Source: Fimbriosthenelais zetlandica (lineage: Eukaryota). From it: a stretch of 64,000 bases of DNA. The position numbers and the translations under genes are program-made. Numbering within the stretch: position 1 is the stretch's first letter; each line of letters starts with the position of its first letter. The notes beneath the pieces are model-generated. The model worked only from the letters and a program-made list of their open reading frames with translations. It made no database searches and was not told the DNA's origin. Below are positions 51,049 through 64,000 of this stretch, piece after piece. The DNA lies in assembly GCA_977030845.1 (NCBI GenBank), contig OZ365112.1, forward strand, positions 6,510,001 through 6,574,000. Direction: 5' to 3'.

Positions 51049-54000
51049 TTTGAGAACAGCCCACATTTGTCAGTCTCGGGGACTCTTTAAAGAACATTAC
51101 GTTTTCCCGCTCCTGTGAACTGTAGCTACCAATGAAGGGGACCGGAGTGAGTTTGCAAGCCCAGTACTCTCAGCACACCACCACCTCAGTGATCAGCATT
51201 TTGATTGGATAAGCAACAAGAGCGGGCATCCGAGCAATTTTCCCAACAGCTGATGCATGAAAGTCACATTGACACCCTATGAATAGCATCTTAGTGGCGC
51301 TCCATGGAATGTGCCTTAATTTGGATGGTCAGTCAGAGGAGCAGCAGCTGGCCTGAACCGAGCCCACCATGTTCGCGTAGTATTGACATTTCTGTCGCTC
51401 TCCGAAGGGATCATCGACTCTCCCTATTAGTTGGTTCCCACCTGAGCGGCAGGACGGCCCCCTTTCCCTTCTAATGGTTCCAACTCCGACCATGACTCAC
51501 CTAACAACATTAAGTCGTCTTGATGATGTTTATCTAATTATACTAATTAACTGAGGTGTCGATTGTCAGTAAATAGTGGACTTCAATGTTTGTTCCTATA
51601 ATATATCCCTATAATATATTAACAGCATATTTAAGATATAAGGTGGATTTAATTGAGTGGGGGAGGATGGCTTTCAAAGAACGAGACAGGAATAGAATTC
51701 AAAGAGCAAAGGCTTCAGATGGAGTCAACATTCTTTGCATTGTTGGGCTCGTACATCTGAAGTCCCAAATCCGAGTATTGGGACGACCTTATAACCACTG
51801 ATCTATAGAACAAATCTAGATGATGTGACACCTATATGCAGTAGATGATGAAAGACACATCAGGAATATCCTTTTACCAGCTCTTTCAAAGTATTGTTCT
51901 GTCCAAATAATCAGGCAAAAGAGTCGTCGTATTTAGATGAAATCCTGTAATATACCTACTGGCATGAAGTTTTTAAGTGTCTGTATTGGAAAAATACAGA
52001 TAATACCTTTGTATTTTATTTTTTTGTAGTTGAAGGAGTCAAGTATAATTAGCCGCATATATAGTATATAGCCTCAGCCAGCTATTATATGAAAGTATAG
52101 TGGCCCAACAGATTCAGCAAAGATTTTGTGTTAGCATAAATAGTTGCTTATCAATAGTAATTCAGGAAAGGAGATTTTTACAGCAAGGCCAGCGATTTTC
52201 CGGTTAGTAGATACTAAAGGAATAACTTTGCTGAGATTGTCCTTAGAAGGTTCCAAATGGCAAATACCCTCATCATATGGAACGGTTAATTTGAAACGGC
52301 ATGAGCGGGGGGATTAAAGGCAATTTCTTATCGTGAGTGCCATCTGGCGGGGGGAGGCAGATATTCATAGACATGGTGAAATGACCGATGGCTATCACCA
52401 GATATTGGCCATGAGACGCTTGAACACATCGAAAAACCAGTTACCAACATTTGCTGAATTGCAAGTCACCGACATTGCTGATTTGTCCATGGGCATCACC
52501 GCCAATGGTTTTTAACCTAAACAAATGTCATTTTTGGCAATTTTCCTCTGTTAAACCTGTGGTTTCGCAAATCTGATATCAGTTAATTAATATCAACATT
52601 CTCATTAGATGAGTTGATTACATTATTACAACGATTGCAGGGCAATAGGGTATACCATTGACAAATTCCACGGGACATTTGTAAAGATCAGCATAGGGGA
52701 TTGCATCTGCGAATTAAAGGGAAATCTCCAGGAATGTTAAAGAAATTAATCGGTTCTAAGATTTCCCTAAGAATGCCTTATTAGTCGTTGGTTTGAAATT
52801 CAACATTCGAATGGCTTCAAATCCGACAAAACGAAACCAAAATAGTCTTGTTTATCTCAGAACAAGTGAGAACATGTCCATATTATGTATGAGCTATTAA
52901 AGTATATTCACGAAAGATCAGGAAAGATCAGGGTATAGGTTACATATATAATATGTGCCTGAAGATGCGATTTGTAGGAAAGTTTCAGCAGACATGTCTA
53001 ACTTATATGAAAATTTGAGACATTGAAATGCACAATGCATTGGTGTGGGCCAAATACGTCCTATGCTTTGGTCCCATGATATACATAAATCGCCAACATA
53101 GAACAAATAACACATCAGTGATGTCTGTCTGCATCATACTGTTCATATAATGAACACTAATTGCAATATTCTCAATGCCCATAATATTGCATCAATCATG
53201 AACCACACTTTGTGGTCTTTGAGAGAAAAACAGGCTCTAATGCCCAAACACATTCACCACTGCGGTCCTGTTTGCATTGGAAGTGGGAAAATTATATAGT
53301 AAACAGTGAACACTTTGACATTACATGGAAGTAGATTATCACTCGTCTATTATGTGTCTTATGAGACCTCCAGTAAATAATCCAATGTTCAGGCTGTCAT
53401 ACTTGCAAGGATCAAAAAGCAGCGGGAAGTGATCAAAGGTTCTTACAGGCCGTTTATCAAACTTTGTTCTACGTATGTGGCTGTGGCTCATTACGTAAAC
53501 AGTAAACTTGTTCAAAATTAAGAATCTAAAAAAATGTGGGCAATGATTATTTGTTTCCAACAATCCAACAAATAACGTTTCATGTTCAAAACTTTACAAC
53601 AGTTTTAGTTTTGCATATATAAATGTGTGCAAGAATTAATAAAAGTCAATACATACTTAAAAGTCAATACAAATTATATTAATTTGATCAAAATCAGAGT
53701 GGCCCTACCTAAAGCAGACGTAGTTTCAGCTCAACGAAAATTCAATTGGTAATATGAGTCCCAGAGTCTCTCCCGTTACTGCTGGAATTCCATTTTAAGT
53801 GCATGTTAACAATGAAATGTCCGATGTCTCCACTTCATCCCTTATTTTTCATCCTCCTATATCAACTTGCACATAAAGGGAAAAAAGCAATCCCCGGATG
53901 CCCATCCGTCAAGTAGGGAAAAGACCAATCACAAGCTATGGAAACCAATGGAGATCTCCAACAGGTGTAACGGTTATACGACCCAACTTCCTCATAAAGA

Positions 54001-57000
54001 AGAGAGATTAGTCAAGACTGAACCCACCAGTTAATCCACATAAAACCAGCGCCAAACATGGATTAACTCCTTACGATCTTATAATCTGTATACAGAGGAT
54101 TAACCAGTGGATCAACCAGTGGGGGTCAAGTATGGTGGGGTCATAGAGCTAAATGTTAAATAAAGCTGGACTCTGAGGTGAAATTAAGTATTTTCAACAG
54201 GAAACTGGGAATATACCGGTACAGTTTACCAGACACGGAGTTCCAGGGATTGAGGCCAGGGGAGGACATTTTGCACATAAGTAAATGCAGGAGGTATATG
54301 ATTGTAATGACAGGGAAATGACGAATCACAACAGAATTCTCTCCATGGTAAGTCTCACCAAGAGTACGCCGGCACAGCAGTTTTATCAAACATTGACACC
54401 CTGTACGCTATGCTAATCTGAGAGGAACCGCTGAATATCTTAGCATATAAGGTGAAAGGTGGTAGAGAGTTCAGACCATTGCAGTCACTAGAAAACAGTG
54501 CGAGCTTCATTAATATAGTTGTGTACCAATGAGGTTGTCACTTCACCATTTTGAGATCCTGTCACCACATGATTACACTCCACATGTGTGTGGATCGTGA
54601 GTGGAAAGCAAATGTAGGATCTACAAAGTCCAGTCAATAATGGTTCAATATTGACCTTAAGGGGTTGCAGTACGTCCCATAGTAATTATACACTCATTAA
54701 GAAATGACAACAGAACAATGAAATACACGGAAAGTGTGTATTTTTAATAGAATGAAGTCGTTGATTTCCTTTGTGTTTTACATGATTTGTACCACTAATT
54801 TAATTTGCTTATCGTTCCTATATTCACAACGGCAATATCAATCATTGATGATGGTAATATCGGTTGTCACTTCAGTTCCTTCATCCATTCAAATGGACCG
54901 AGTTATTTGTTGGATTTAATCCAGGGAATAGACAAATAAATACCCACCTCCCAGAGAGCAAATGATTTCATTAGCCCCGGCATTTGGTATTGCCCGTCAC
55001 TTTTATTCTCTCACTTCTAATCATATTATCAATCATTATAATTTCCTACAGTAGCCAGTTTCACAGCCGTTGCTAGTGAAAACAAAGATTTTCCCTTTCA
55101 AAAAGAAGGCTGGGAAGATGGATGGAGTTAAGGGGATTTCTAGCCTTTCAGTCTAAATGAATTTGGGGCGAATCAAATAGCCAAATGAGAGGCCATGAAG
55201 CCAAATATGTTTTAACAGAGAGGCCATGATGGATAGGGTCCTGGTATCATCAGGTTCTAATATGCAGGGAGGGCCTCGACATTTATGGTAAATATCGGTT
55301 GTATTCAGATAGGAACAATTCTCATCACAATAAATCTAGGAACAAAGAATTGAAATGGTGGTATCCTTTTTCTTCTCCCGTCACAAATGGCCCCTACCAT
55401 CCTAATCAGTACAAATTAGACCAGGATTAAAATGTTTCCTTACACTGAGTTATCAGTGTGTCTGATATTTGAACCCTATAGGATTGGGTGTCGTGAATCT
55501 ATGGCGAGCCTTGTGAAAATTCACTTCCTTCACGTGGAAAGCTTTGTGCTCACGGCTTCAAAGACGGATATGAGAAAAACAATCTTTAATATTTCCTCGG
55601 CGGAACGACCACATGCAGGTCTATTGTTCATGGGGTACAATTACTAGAAAGACTTTATCTGCATGAAGAATGGAGGCTCATTTGGGTGATGAATGCCGTC
55701 TGTTCGTGGCACGGAGCTGAGAGCTACACTTGGTGCAACAACATTTGGCAGATGCAGACATGACAAAAAGTCCAGAGGCACCTGGACGTCAAATTATAAA
55801 GAAAAAGACATAACACCTTTTGATGGGAATGGAGAAGCTAGGAAATCAACACCTTTTTAAGACATCATCAGGTTTGAATGGGAAATATTATTTAGAGTGA
55901 CGCTTTAAAGTTGCAGTATAGGCTAGACCTCAGAGGAAGGTTTATTACAGGAGAGGTGATTTGTGCAGCTTGGTGTTGACTTTACCTGACAAATATCGCT
56001 GAAGCGAGTATAGTTGGTGGTGTAGGAAATCGCAGTAGTAAGCAGTGCTACTTCCAAAGGCTCAGATTATTACCCAGTGCCTGTTCTGTATTAGCTTAGT
56101 TGCACGGAGCGTGATGAATTGGTCGGAAAATTGCCCCAGAAGCCCCGACACCGTCACTGCCTCATTGGCCAAACTGTTACAAACCAACTAAGCAAATGTT
56201 CGGGGCTTTTTTTCTTCCAACCCCGTGCCATGATTGGTACTCGATATGGTCAATGGAATGCCTGTAAATGCACATAAATCTTTCTTACACCAACCTGCAA
56301 TCCATTATAGACATACAGATCTGATGAAAGCTGTCCTGACCAGGGTGTTTTTATAAAGCCTGAAGGTTACCCCTGTATTTTTTCTAGTTGCATCATCAGA
56401 AGGACTGATTTGCTGCTTCCAAAGAAGGCAATATAGATAGCCCTGGGCGGCCTACAATCATAATCTTAGCGTGGATATTGATGCCTTTATATTGGCAGTC
56501 ATTCCCCTATACACCAGGCCTCATGCCCGGCCTCTGTGCCTCATTGGCAAACACTACAGATTAAACAAGATGTGGACAAAATTGCAGCTTCTACTTTGCC
56601 TAGTGCTGGGAGCTTTTATCAAAAGTGATACTTTCCATCACGATTAAGGTGAAAAGAAACTACTGAGCTGATTTGTTTGGGGAAAACATGTTGGGGCTTG
56701 GCTCGGAATAGCACAATCACTGGGAAGGAGTTGTCAGCGTCATCAGTTCTTTGTTCTTGATGATTATTGATGACTTGAGATGATGATTAAACGAAGATGT
56801 GTCAGTCACAGATGCTAGAATACAAATAGGGCGCCATTTATTGGTCAAGTTTGATACCAATTCTATATCAAACCTTTCATGTACAGTACATTAGCCTTCA
56901 TCAAGTTTTATAAGACATTTTTCCAGTTGTACTTCTTGGAGTTCATATTCTTAGATCAGGCAATAACAAGTTCTCTTCAGGTCACCCCCGCCCCAGTTTA

Positions 57001-58485
57001 CCTGTGTGCATGTGGAAATGACTTATTTACAAAAGGAATTTCTAAATTGAAATTTCCGATTGGATTCGACTGGAATGGAGGAAGTTTTAAATGCAAATGT
57101 GGACTGAGTAATTCACCATTTGGCAGTATATAATTGAAGGGTTGACGAGGGCCTTTCATCCATTTCTTTGGCAAGCCTTGATTGGGAGAAAAGCCCGCGA
57201 AACGTAGCAAGCACAGAAGAGCCCTTATCATGATACCTCATCTTAATTGCTTACGATTTATGGGAAGGGATTCATTACTGTGTCAGCTTGAATCTAGGCC
57301 GAGAAGCTTCAGGGGAAATGGCTGGGTAAACCAAATCCAGGACGATTCTCTCTACTCCACAAAGCAAAGGTTCTTTAAAATGATTTTGAAAGCATTGGAT
57401 ATAATCTATATTGAGTGAATAGATCCGAAATAATGATGGGAACTCGTTATGGGACATTGCTGACGATGTCAATGATAAACCGTTCTGGCTCAATCGGTAT
57501 TCACAGCACAAGGCTTCAGATTTGAATGGAAATATTAATATAACCTGACCACGTAAGCAGAGGGCTTAGTCTCAAATCCCCATATCGAAAATGAATCTTG
57601 TGCTTGTGGCGGGACCTGACAAGAGGGTTTAGTGTCGGGAGGCTGGTAAAAGCAATGGAGATATGAGGGCAGACTTGTTGGTTGTAGTCCCGACACCTGT
57701 TGCTGTCTGTGTCCAGGCAATACTAGATGTTAATGCCATAACTCACAGTGAGATCTCACACTGCAACGAACAGAGATCCACCTTAAATAGTCCTCAACAC
57801 ATTGAAATTTCCTTAGCTCATCATTAAGGAGTCATAAAAGTAAAGACCAACTCTTATTATGGCAATGCAAAGCAATTATTGAGATGAAAGGAATTCATTC
57901 ACAAACTCTGACCCTCTGTCAAATCTGTTGCATCCAAAAATATCATACAAAATTGGATATTGGTATATTTTGGAGTCTGGTACATGAATTATTATGAACT
58001 GTACAAGCCATATTGGCTGGTTTACAATATGAGGGCAAAGCCACAGGAACTACTATTTTCGGCAGTGAGATAGTACGATCAGAACAGACTATTATCAAAA
58101 GACTCTTCTGTGATTACTAGGTGTCACTAAAATTGGTCTGACTGGAAGGAAGACTTGGAAGGCATGGAGGCTTTTGTGGCGGGATCGGGGGATGCGTGCC
58201 AATGTCGATCACCCCCTACTGCCAGGCAAGAGATTCCATTTTGGTGTCATTCTAAAGAGTGAAAATCTCTAATTCCACCAATGGTTTCTTGTGCCCCCAA
58301 AAGTAGTCCCAGTTAAATGGACGTAGGTCGACCTTATGTGCTTTGATAATTGAGAGAGAAGGCACAGGGCCAGCTCATTGTCCGAAGAGAAAGCTTTCAC
58401 AGGTCAACCAATAAAAAAAATGAAATGTATCAGAAATGAGAACAAATATATAACATCCTGATGAGGATACTGGGGGATACTGTTA

Positions 58486-58696
58486 AGCCGGGACTCCACT
58501 GCTGCGATTTTTTTTGCGACACGTCTGCGACAAAGGTGATGCTTGTGTTTCAATGATAAATTTACAATTGGAGGACGGCCTTAAGGCCTTGGACACTTGA
58601 ACCATAATTTAGAAATTTTATTCTTACACAACTTCACAAGCATCACCTTTGTCGCAGTAGTGTCGCAAGCAAAATCGCAGCAGTGGAGTCCCGGCT
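58486..58696 (-). mobile_element. Second copy of the same MITE, opposite orientation, with a perfect TTA target-site duplication
   Basis: TTA|AGCCGGGACTCCACTGC...GCAGTGGAGTCCCGGCT|TTA (TSD at 58483-85 and 58697-99). The core is the reverse complement of the 49044-49255 core with a few substitutions. Confidence 0.9.
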
Positions 58697-61600
58697 TTAA
58701 AGCCAATTGATAGCCACCTGTGGTATAGAAGGCCAATGGTACTAGGACAAAGCTAAAAATAGGTCCATCTCCTATAGAGGAAATCATGTTAATCTGCTCA
58801 TCTAGTTTGGTGAGGCGGAGATGGGAAGACCACCAGGCAAGGTGGTGCGGGTCCAAATCCTCAAAGAGGCCCAAGGATCACACGATTATAAATACTCACA
58901 TATTAACATGTTTCTATATATAATATAGAAGCGCAAGAACTGGTATGTTGTCAACATGGTCAGGGATGGGGCATCGACAAGGCCAGTCCTGTGAAGAAGG
59001 GCCAGATCAGGGTGGGGGGAGAGCACAAGCACAGTTGACCGGTTTTGCAGAAATCTCGGCTTAAGGAATTGCATCTTGCCGAGTCTGATTGGAACTAACC
59101 GTGGCGTCTCGACAAAATTCCATTAAACGCAATGGAAAGTGGGGGCCGGATGTGGCTTGGCCGGGGGTGGGTGGGTTACCATGTGTAAGTAGCCGGGTCC
59201 TCGGCCAGGGGAATGATGGGTCTGGACTTTCAGGTCAAAAGGCTGTCTTTCTACGACTTCAGCCATATCACTTTCCTGGACCAGGCATGTTGCTTAGAGA
59301 TCTGGATTTTATATTGATTCATGTCCACCTACATCAAGAAATTAATCATTTTAACCCAAAAATATTACCAACCATTTTCCCCCATCCATCCCAAACTACA
59401 TCCTTTTGCTAATACCCAATCATTTCCCTTTCTACCTTAATTCCGTTTTGGGTCTTCCCAAACCTTAAACATAACCTTACTCATTCAGGGTAAAATCCCC
59501 GCATATCATTCCCACTCGTCCATCTCCACAGATCACCTTATCTCTCCTATTTTGCAGCTAGAACTTCACACCGACTTGATGTGAAGGCGCGGGGAGGGCC
59601 ATTGGTGGGTGAGCATGAGACTATGTAGAGCAACTATTCAGGTAGGATTTATTCTGTGACGAAAGATGGAAATCTGATTTGACATTTGCATCAATATTAC
59701 ATCACTACCAATAGGCAGACGATAAGGCAATCTAATCACAGCTAGACAATGGCGCTAATTGTGCCTGGACCAGATTATGAGCAAGTCTCTACATTTTTCG
59801 AGGCTGACTACAAACGGTCCGTCCCTGTAATATTATGCAGCTTCCTGTCTGTCTTGCTGAGGTCAAAATGTCTGCCGTCACTCGGCAATGGTCGTAATCA
59901 TCTGGCCACAGACAGCAGGGAGGAACAGAAGAAATATCTGTTAAATGTTTGCCTTTTTTTCGTTTGACACCTGGAGTTGAGTTTCTGTCAGAGGCATTTC
60001 AGATGGTTTTCTTTCTGCAGGAGCCAAAGGTCAATCGGCCAGTTGCACAATCTCAGGCGGGAGCTCATGCATCACACGAAACCTATCCTCTTGAGGAAGT
60101 ATCTTAAATTCCTCATCAGTCGCCCTGTCGTCACTCTGGAATGCAAAGCAATTCTGCGAAAGAAAAATTCCGCAAGGCTTTCACCAAATTGCCCAATGAC
60201 GATAGCGCAATCTATTGTGCAAGGTACAGTTGCACAAGGGGCCGACTTGCGTTAAAAATTGATCAATTGGGGGATTTTGCATTGACTCTGCAGTTTTTGA
60301 AGGCGTTATACTTGAAACAAGGGCAACATGAACTTATTACATTGATGCAATGCCAACCACAACGAATCCATATGGAAATCTTAACGGGGGAAAATGTGCA
60401 TGTCCTCGTTATTTCTAAGACTTGCTTCAGTGGTGAAAAACAATGAATTAAGCTATTATCAGGGGAAGACGGGGGCTGAAATAAAATAGAACATTGTAAC
60501 AAATCCAGACTTGATCACGATCACAGGCGCGCACCATCTCTGAGGGTAGACTTGCCACTTTGATCAGGCCCTGGTAGAAAGGCTTAAGCAACAGCTATCA
60601 AAAGGCGGATACCACTGGGGGTGGGCACGGGGGTGGAATGAGAGGGTGGAAGAGGATTGGGGGTGGTGAGAGATGAAAGTAAACGGTGGTAGTTGGATGC
60701 TACTTTCGTATCACTGCCGGAAAACAGCTCCTGTGCTTGGCCTCAGAACGAAGCAAAGCCCTTTTCAGAACTAAGCGTTGGCTTCAAACGGACGTTTGAA
60801 GCCAGTGGAGACAGGCACAAGGCTAAGCAGATCCCATGGAAAATGTGATCATGGTGTTTATGCAACACAGTCCCCTCCCCTCCCCTCTTCTCTCTCGATA
60901 CCTCAATGGGTGTGTGGATCTTCCCAGTGGCAATGTGTAATGCTTTGCCGTGTGATAATTTACAGAGATGGAGATGAGATTACAGCTGGGTGGTAATCAT
61001 TGAGTGTGTGTGAAGCCAGCCAGGCTAGTCCTGATTATGGATCATTATATCATGCTTCCGTCCTTGCCTTTTTTATTAATGTATATCTTCATCCCCCAGA
61101 AACAGTCAGAGGTGCAGCTAATGGAAATTTGGGTGCGCGCTCTCTCTTCTCTCTATCTCCATCTCTAACCCTTTCGCTCTCTAGCTGAATCTGGTGCAGC
61201 GACAAGAACTGATTAGCATGTGTAACATTGACTGATTTGCCCACCAACATTATCATCTCAGGGGTATCGATATCAGCACAATGCCAACCTGCATATGACC
61301 TCTAATGCTGTGTGAGGTAATGTGGCTCTTGATGTGGTCTAAATCAAAGGGGGGCTTGGCTGTGGTATTCTTATTATAGAACAAATGCATGTACATTGTA
61401 TACATACCAAGCTAATAATGTAGTTTAGCTACAAATTACAACCCATAACTTGATCTGAAACGTCTAGATGAAACACACAATTTATTGTTGTCAATGAAAA
61501 TATTATATTTAGTGCTTTTTCTGGTTTATTAAACAATTTGTTCAATATTGGCAATAAGGTTGTCCATGGACTGTTTATATCATAAAATGATATATCTACT

Positions 61601-63967
61601 TAAAGAAATTTTGGTTGATAGTGAAATACCTTAAAAAATGTTGAGGTTCATATAGGGAATGCCTGGATACATTATATATAGGACAGCGTTCAGAACTTGC
61701 ATCATTTATCATCAAGTTTATTCCTGCTTACTTCTACATCATCCCGAGCAACATATGCAAAGGGGGTCTTCGTTAAAGGGATTTTTTTCTCTCTACTTCT
61801 CGTAAAGGTCATCTTAGAAGATACTCCTGATGTGTACATTTTATATCCCGAAACATGGGGAAGCCACTCTGCCTGAGTGGCTTCAGAAATGAATATGAAT
61901 GTCAATATTTGATGACGGTGAGTAGACGTAAAGATTGGATGATGCAGTATGAGGAGGAAGGGGTAGAGGCAGATTTTGGTTTGTGAGTAAGATATATGAA
62001 GGGAGGGACAGGGCGTGTGACAGTGAACACAGACACTAATCTAATATTTCAGTTTATGGCTTGGTTAACAGCGATTCATATTTAGGCTAACCTTGTCTCG
62101 CACGTTTGGCAGTCGTATATTAAGCTGTAATGTTACAGGCTATACTCGAGTCATGTCCCATGGCCCCGTCATGGCATGGGGACAAGCGTGATAATGTAGA
62201 TTGAGGGTATATCCCTGTCAGTGAAAGATGAGGTGAGCGTTTCATAAGGAAATACGCGAGAGATGCGCGCGGTTTATCATCCAGTGATTTTTAATCAAAG
62301 AGCGCCTCAGAGACATGGACGGGACCGCGGCTTGGCTATTGTGGCTTCCACTGTTTTATCAGTGATTTTATGGTGGTGATTAATTATTGCTGGCCTAGAT
62401 TAATGATTACCAATACTGATTACTATATAGACTCCATGGTTTTATATTCCTAATGTAAGAGGTATATAGTAGGTGTAACGTGGCACACCCACACATGCCT
62501 GCCTGAGGTAATCACAGAGTGAGTAGTGCATGGAAAGCCACCATTTCTACAGGTCCATCTCACTGGCCACTGAATTGCCCAAGTGAATCCAACAAAGTAC
62601 ATCACTTTCCCTTTCATTGTAATTATTCTAATTTCATTCAATTTAAAAGTGATATCAATTTAAAAAGGAAGAAAGTTTTAAATGGTCAAATAAGAGAAGA
62701 GATTTCCAAAGCTCATTCTCCAAATTAAATTGACTTCAACCGCATATTATTTTACCTATCACGTATATAGACATACACATACACAGCATTTAAAGTGTTG
62801 CATACATGTATAGTTTGTCAGTCTGCCAACATATAAGCGACATTACTGATACACGATCATATATAAATTCATTTTTACCAGAATGAACAAAGGGCCATCT
62901 CCTCCTGTAGGCCAGGACGTTATGGGGTGGGGACATTACTATATATGACCATCTTGCCCAGTGGGAAACCTTCCTAGAGCCCAGGAGGTAGATGCTCTTC
63001 CAGACGGGGTTTAGATCATTTACTGCTATTCAATCAGATCTTCACAGTGCCTGAAAGCTAGCTTCAGTTACATTGTCAATGCCTCTCTAATATACAAACG
63101 GACTTCATTTGCTAACACATATTCGCCATATGGTTCATCCGTATATATGATCACATAATATGCTCTCATGTGAATTATGTATCAGCTTATAGATGAAAGT
63201 TAAGTACACAGAGGCCATCTGGCATTAGATTACACCAAGTTATGTTAATCAAATGATTTGAATTACATATAGGTATTACTATTGAGTAATAGGTCTTGTA
63301 GAACAGTAAGCACCGATAAAATCAAATATTTCAAAAAGAGAAAAACATTTTTGTTAAAATTTCTGAATGAAGACTGATACAAGCTGCCTGAAAATACATT
63401 GTACAATGTAATTGGTATAAATAAAAATCCTTCAAACTTCAAAAACCTTTTTTTTTAAGTAAATGCCATTCATATTTTCCTTGGTAAGGCAGAGAGTGCA
63501 TTGAAAAGTAGAAATCACAATTTTCTTATACTGAAAATATCTGACCTGAGAGGACTGAAAAAGGCTGTGAAGTCACAGTGTCCTCGAGTAACACTGAAGC
63601 GCCCAGTTCCATCTAAAACGGCTCAGTTCTATTTAAAGACACTAGGGGCGTAAACCTTCTTCAATCTGGGCCTTGATCAGAGTGGATCTGTGGACGTTAA
63701 AGGTATTCACCGCTGTAGGTTTTCTAGCGGGTGAGGAAAACCAATAAAAGATCCAATAGAAGGAGGCTTTGTTGCCATTGGCGCCTCTTGATATGTTCAA
63801 AGCAGGGTAGGCGATGTAAGCTAGATATATAGGAGGACGCAGGGCCACGCGTACACATGAGTAATATGTATAAATAAAACATTGATACTCACAAATGTAC
63901 AAATGTTACTCTAAAGAGTATTTTGTTACACGGGTGGTTCACATTTCCCTATTTAATCTGGCTCTGC

Positions 63968-63982
63968 GGGGGGGGGGGGGGG
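63968..63982. repeat. Poly-G homopolymer (15 nt)
   Basis: Read directly from the sequence. Confidence 0.9.
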
Positions 63983-64000
63983 AATATCTGGACAGAGAAA

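Noticed and set aside
50489-51097. 202-aa hydrophobic His-rich ORF
   Set aside because: It overlies a 34-bp (non-triplet) repeat. The same DNA motif is read in two frames (WLHSSF and GCILHL), so the ORF reflects stop-poor T-rich composition.
60141-60260. EKFRKAFTKLPNDD..YSC..GRL, vaguely like a GRAM domain start
   Set aside because: Motif spacing is off, the frame is closed by TAA near 60105 after the nearest acceptor, and no further GRAM exon is seen.

Overview
This looks like gene-poor, AT-rich animal (metazoan-type) genomic DNA, mostly intronic or intergenic. I found no prokaryotic operon, CRISPR array, rRNA or tRNA gene, or intact transposase, RT or integrase ORF. Nearly all listed ORFs are chance ORFs or by-products of repeats. 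The best-supported gene element is the 5' end of a minus-strand gene: a TATA box at 25485-25492, a long CAA-rich leader with upstream ORFs, and a Kozak ATG at 24872 opening a 67-nt exon. That exon encodes a signal-peptide-like MAQRDFLPHLMMTFMVLFTSIS(G) and ends at a CAG|GTACGT donor; I could not identify the rest of the gene. The most unusual structure lies just upstream of that promoter: an apparently identical split duplication in the order A1(26776-27227)-X-B1(28519-29016)-A2(29029-29480)-B2(29482-29979). This matches the split-direct-repeat layout of PAT/Ngaro tyrosine-recombinase retroelements, but its junction also looks like a microhomology/templated-insertion repair scar. Other elements are two oppositely oriented copies of a ~212-bp long-TIR MITE (PIF/Harbinger-like), a 45/39-bp minisatellite that keeps its reading frame and encodes CxxC repeats, 22-bp and 34-bp minisatellites, a GA microsatellite, poly-G/G-quadruplex tracts, an imperfect 110-bp palindrome and probable decayed LINE debris.
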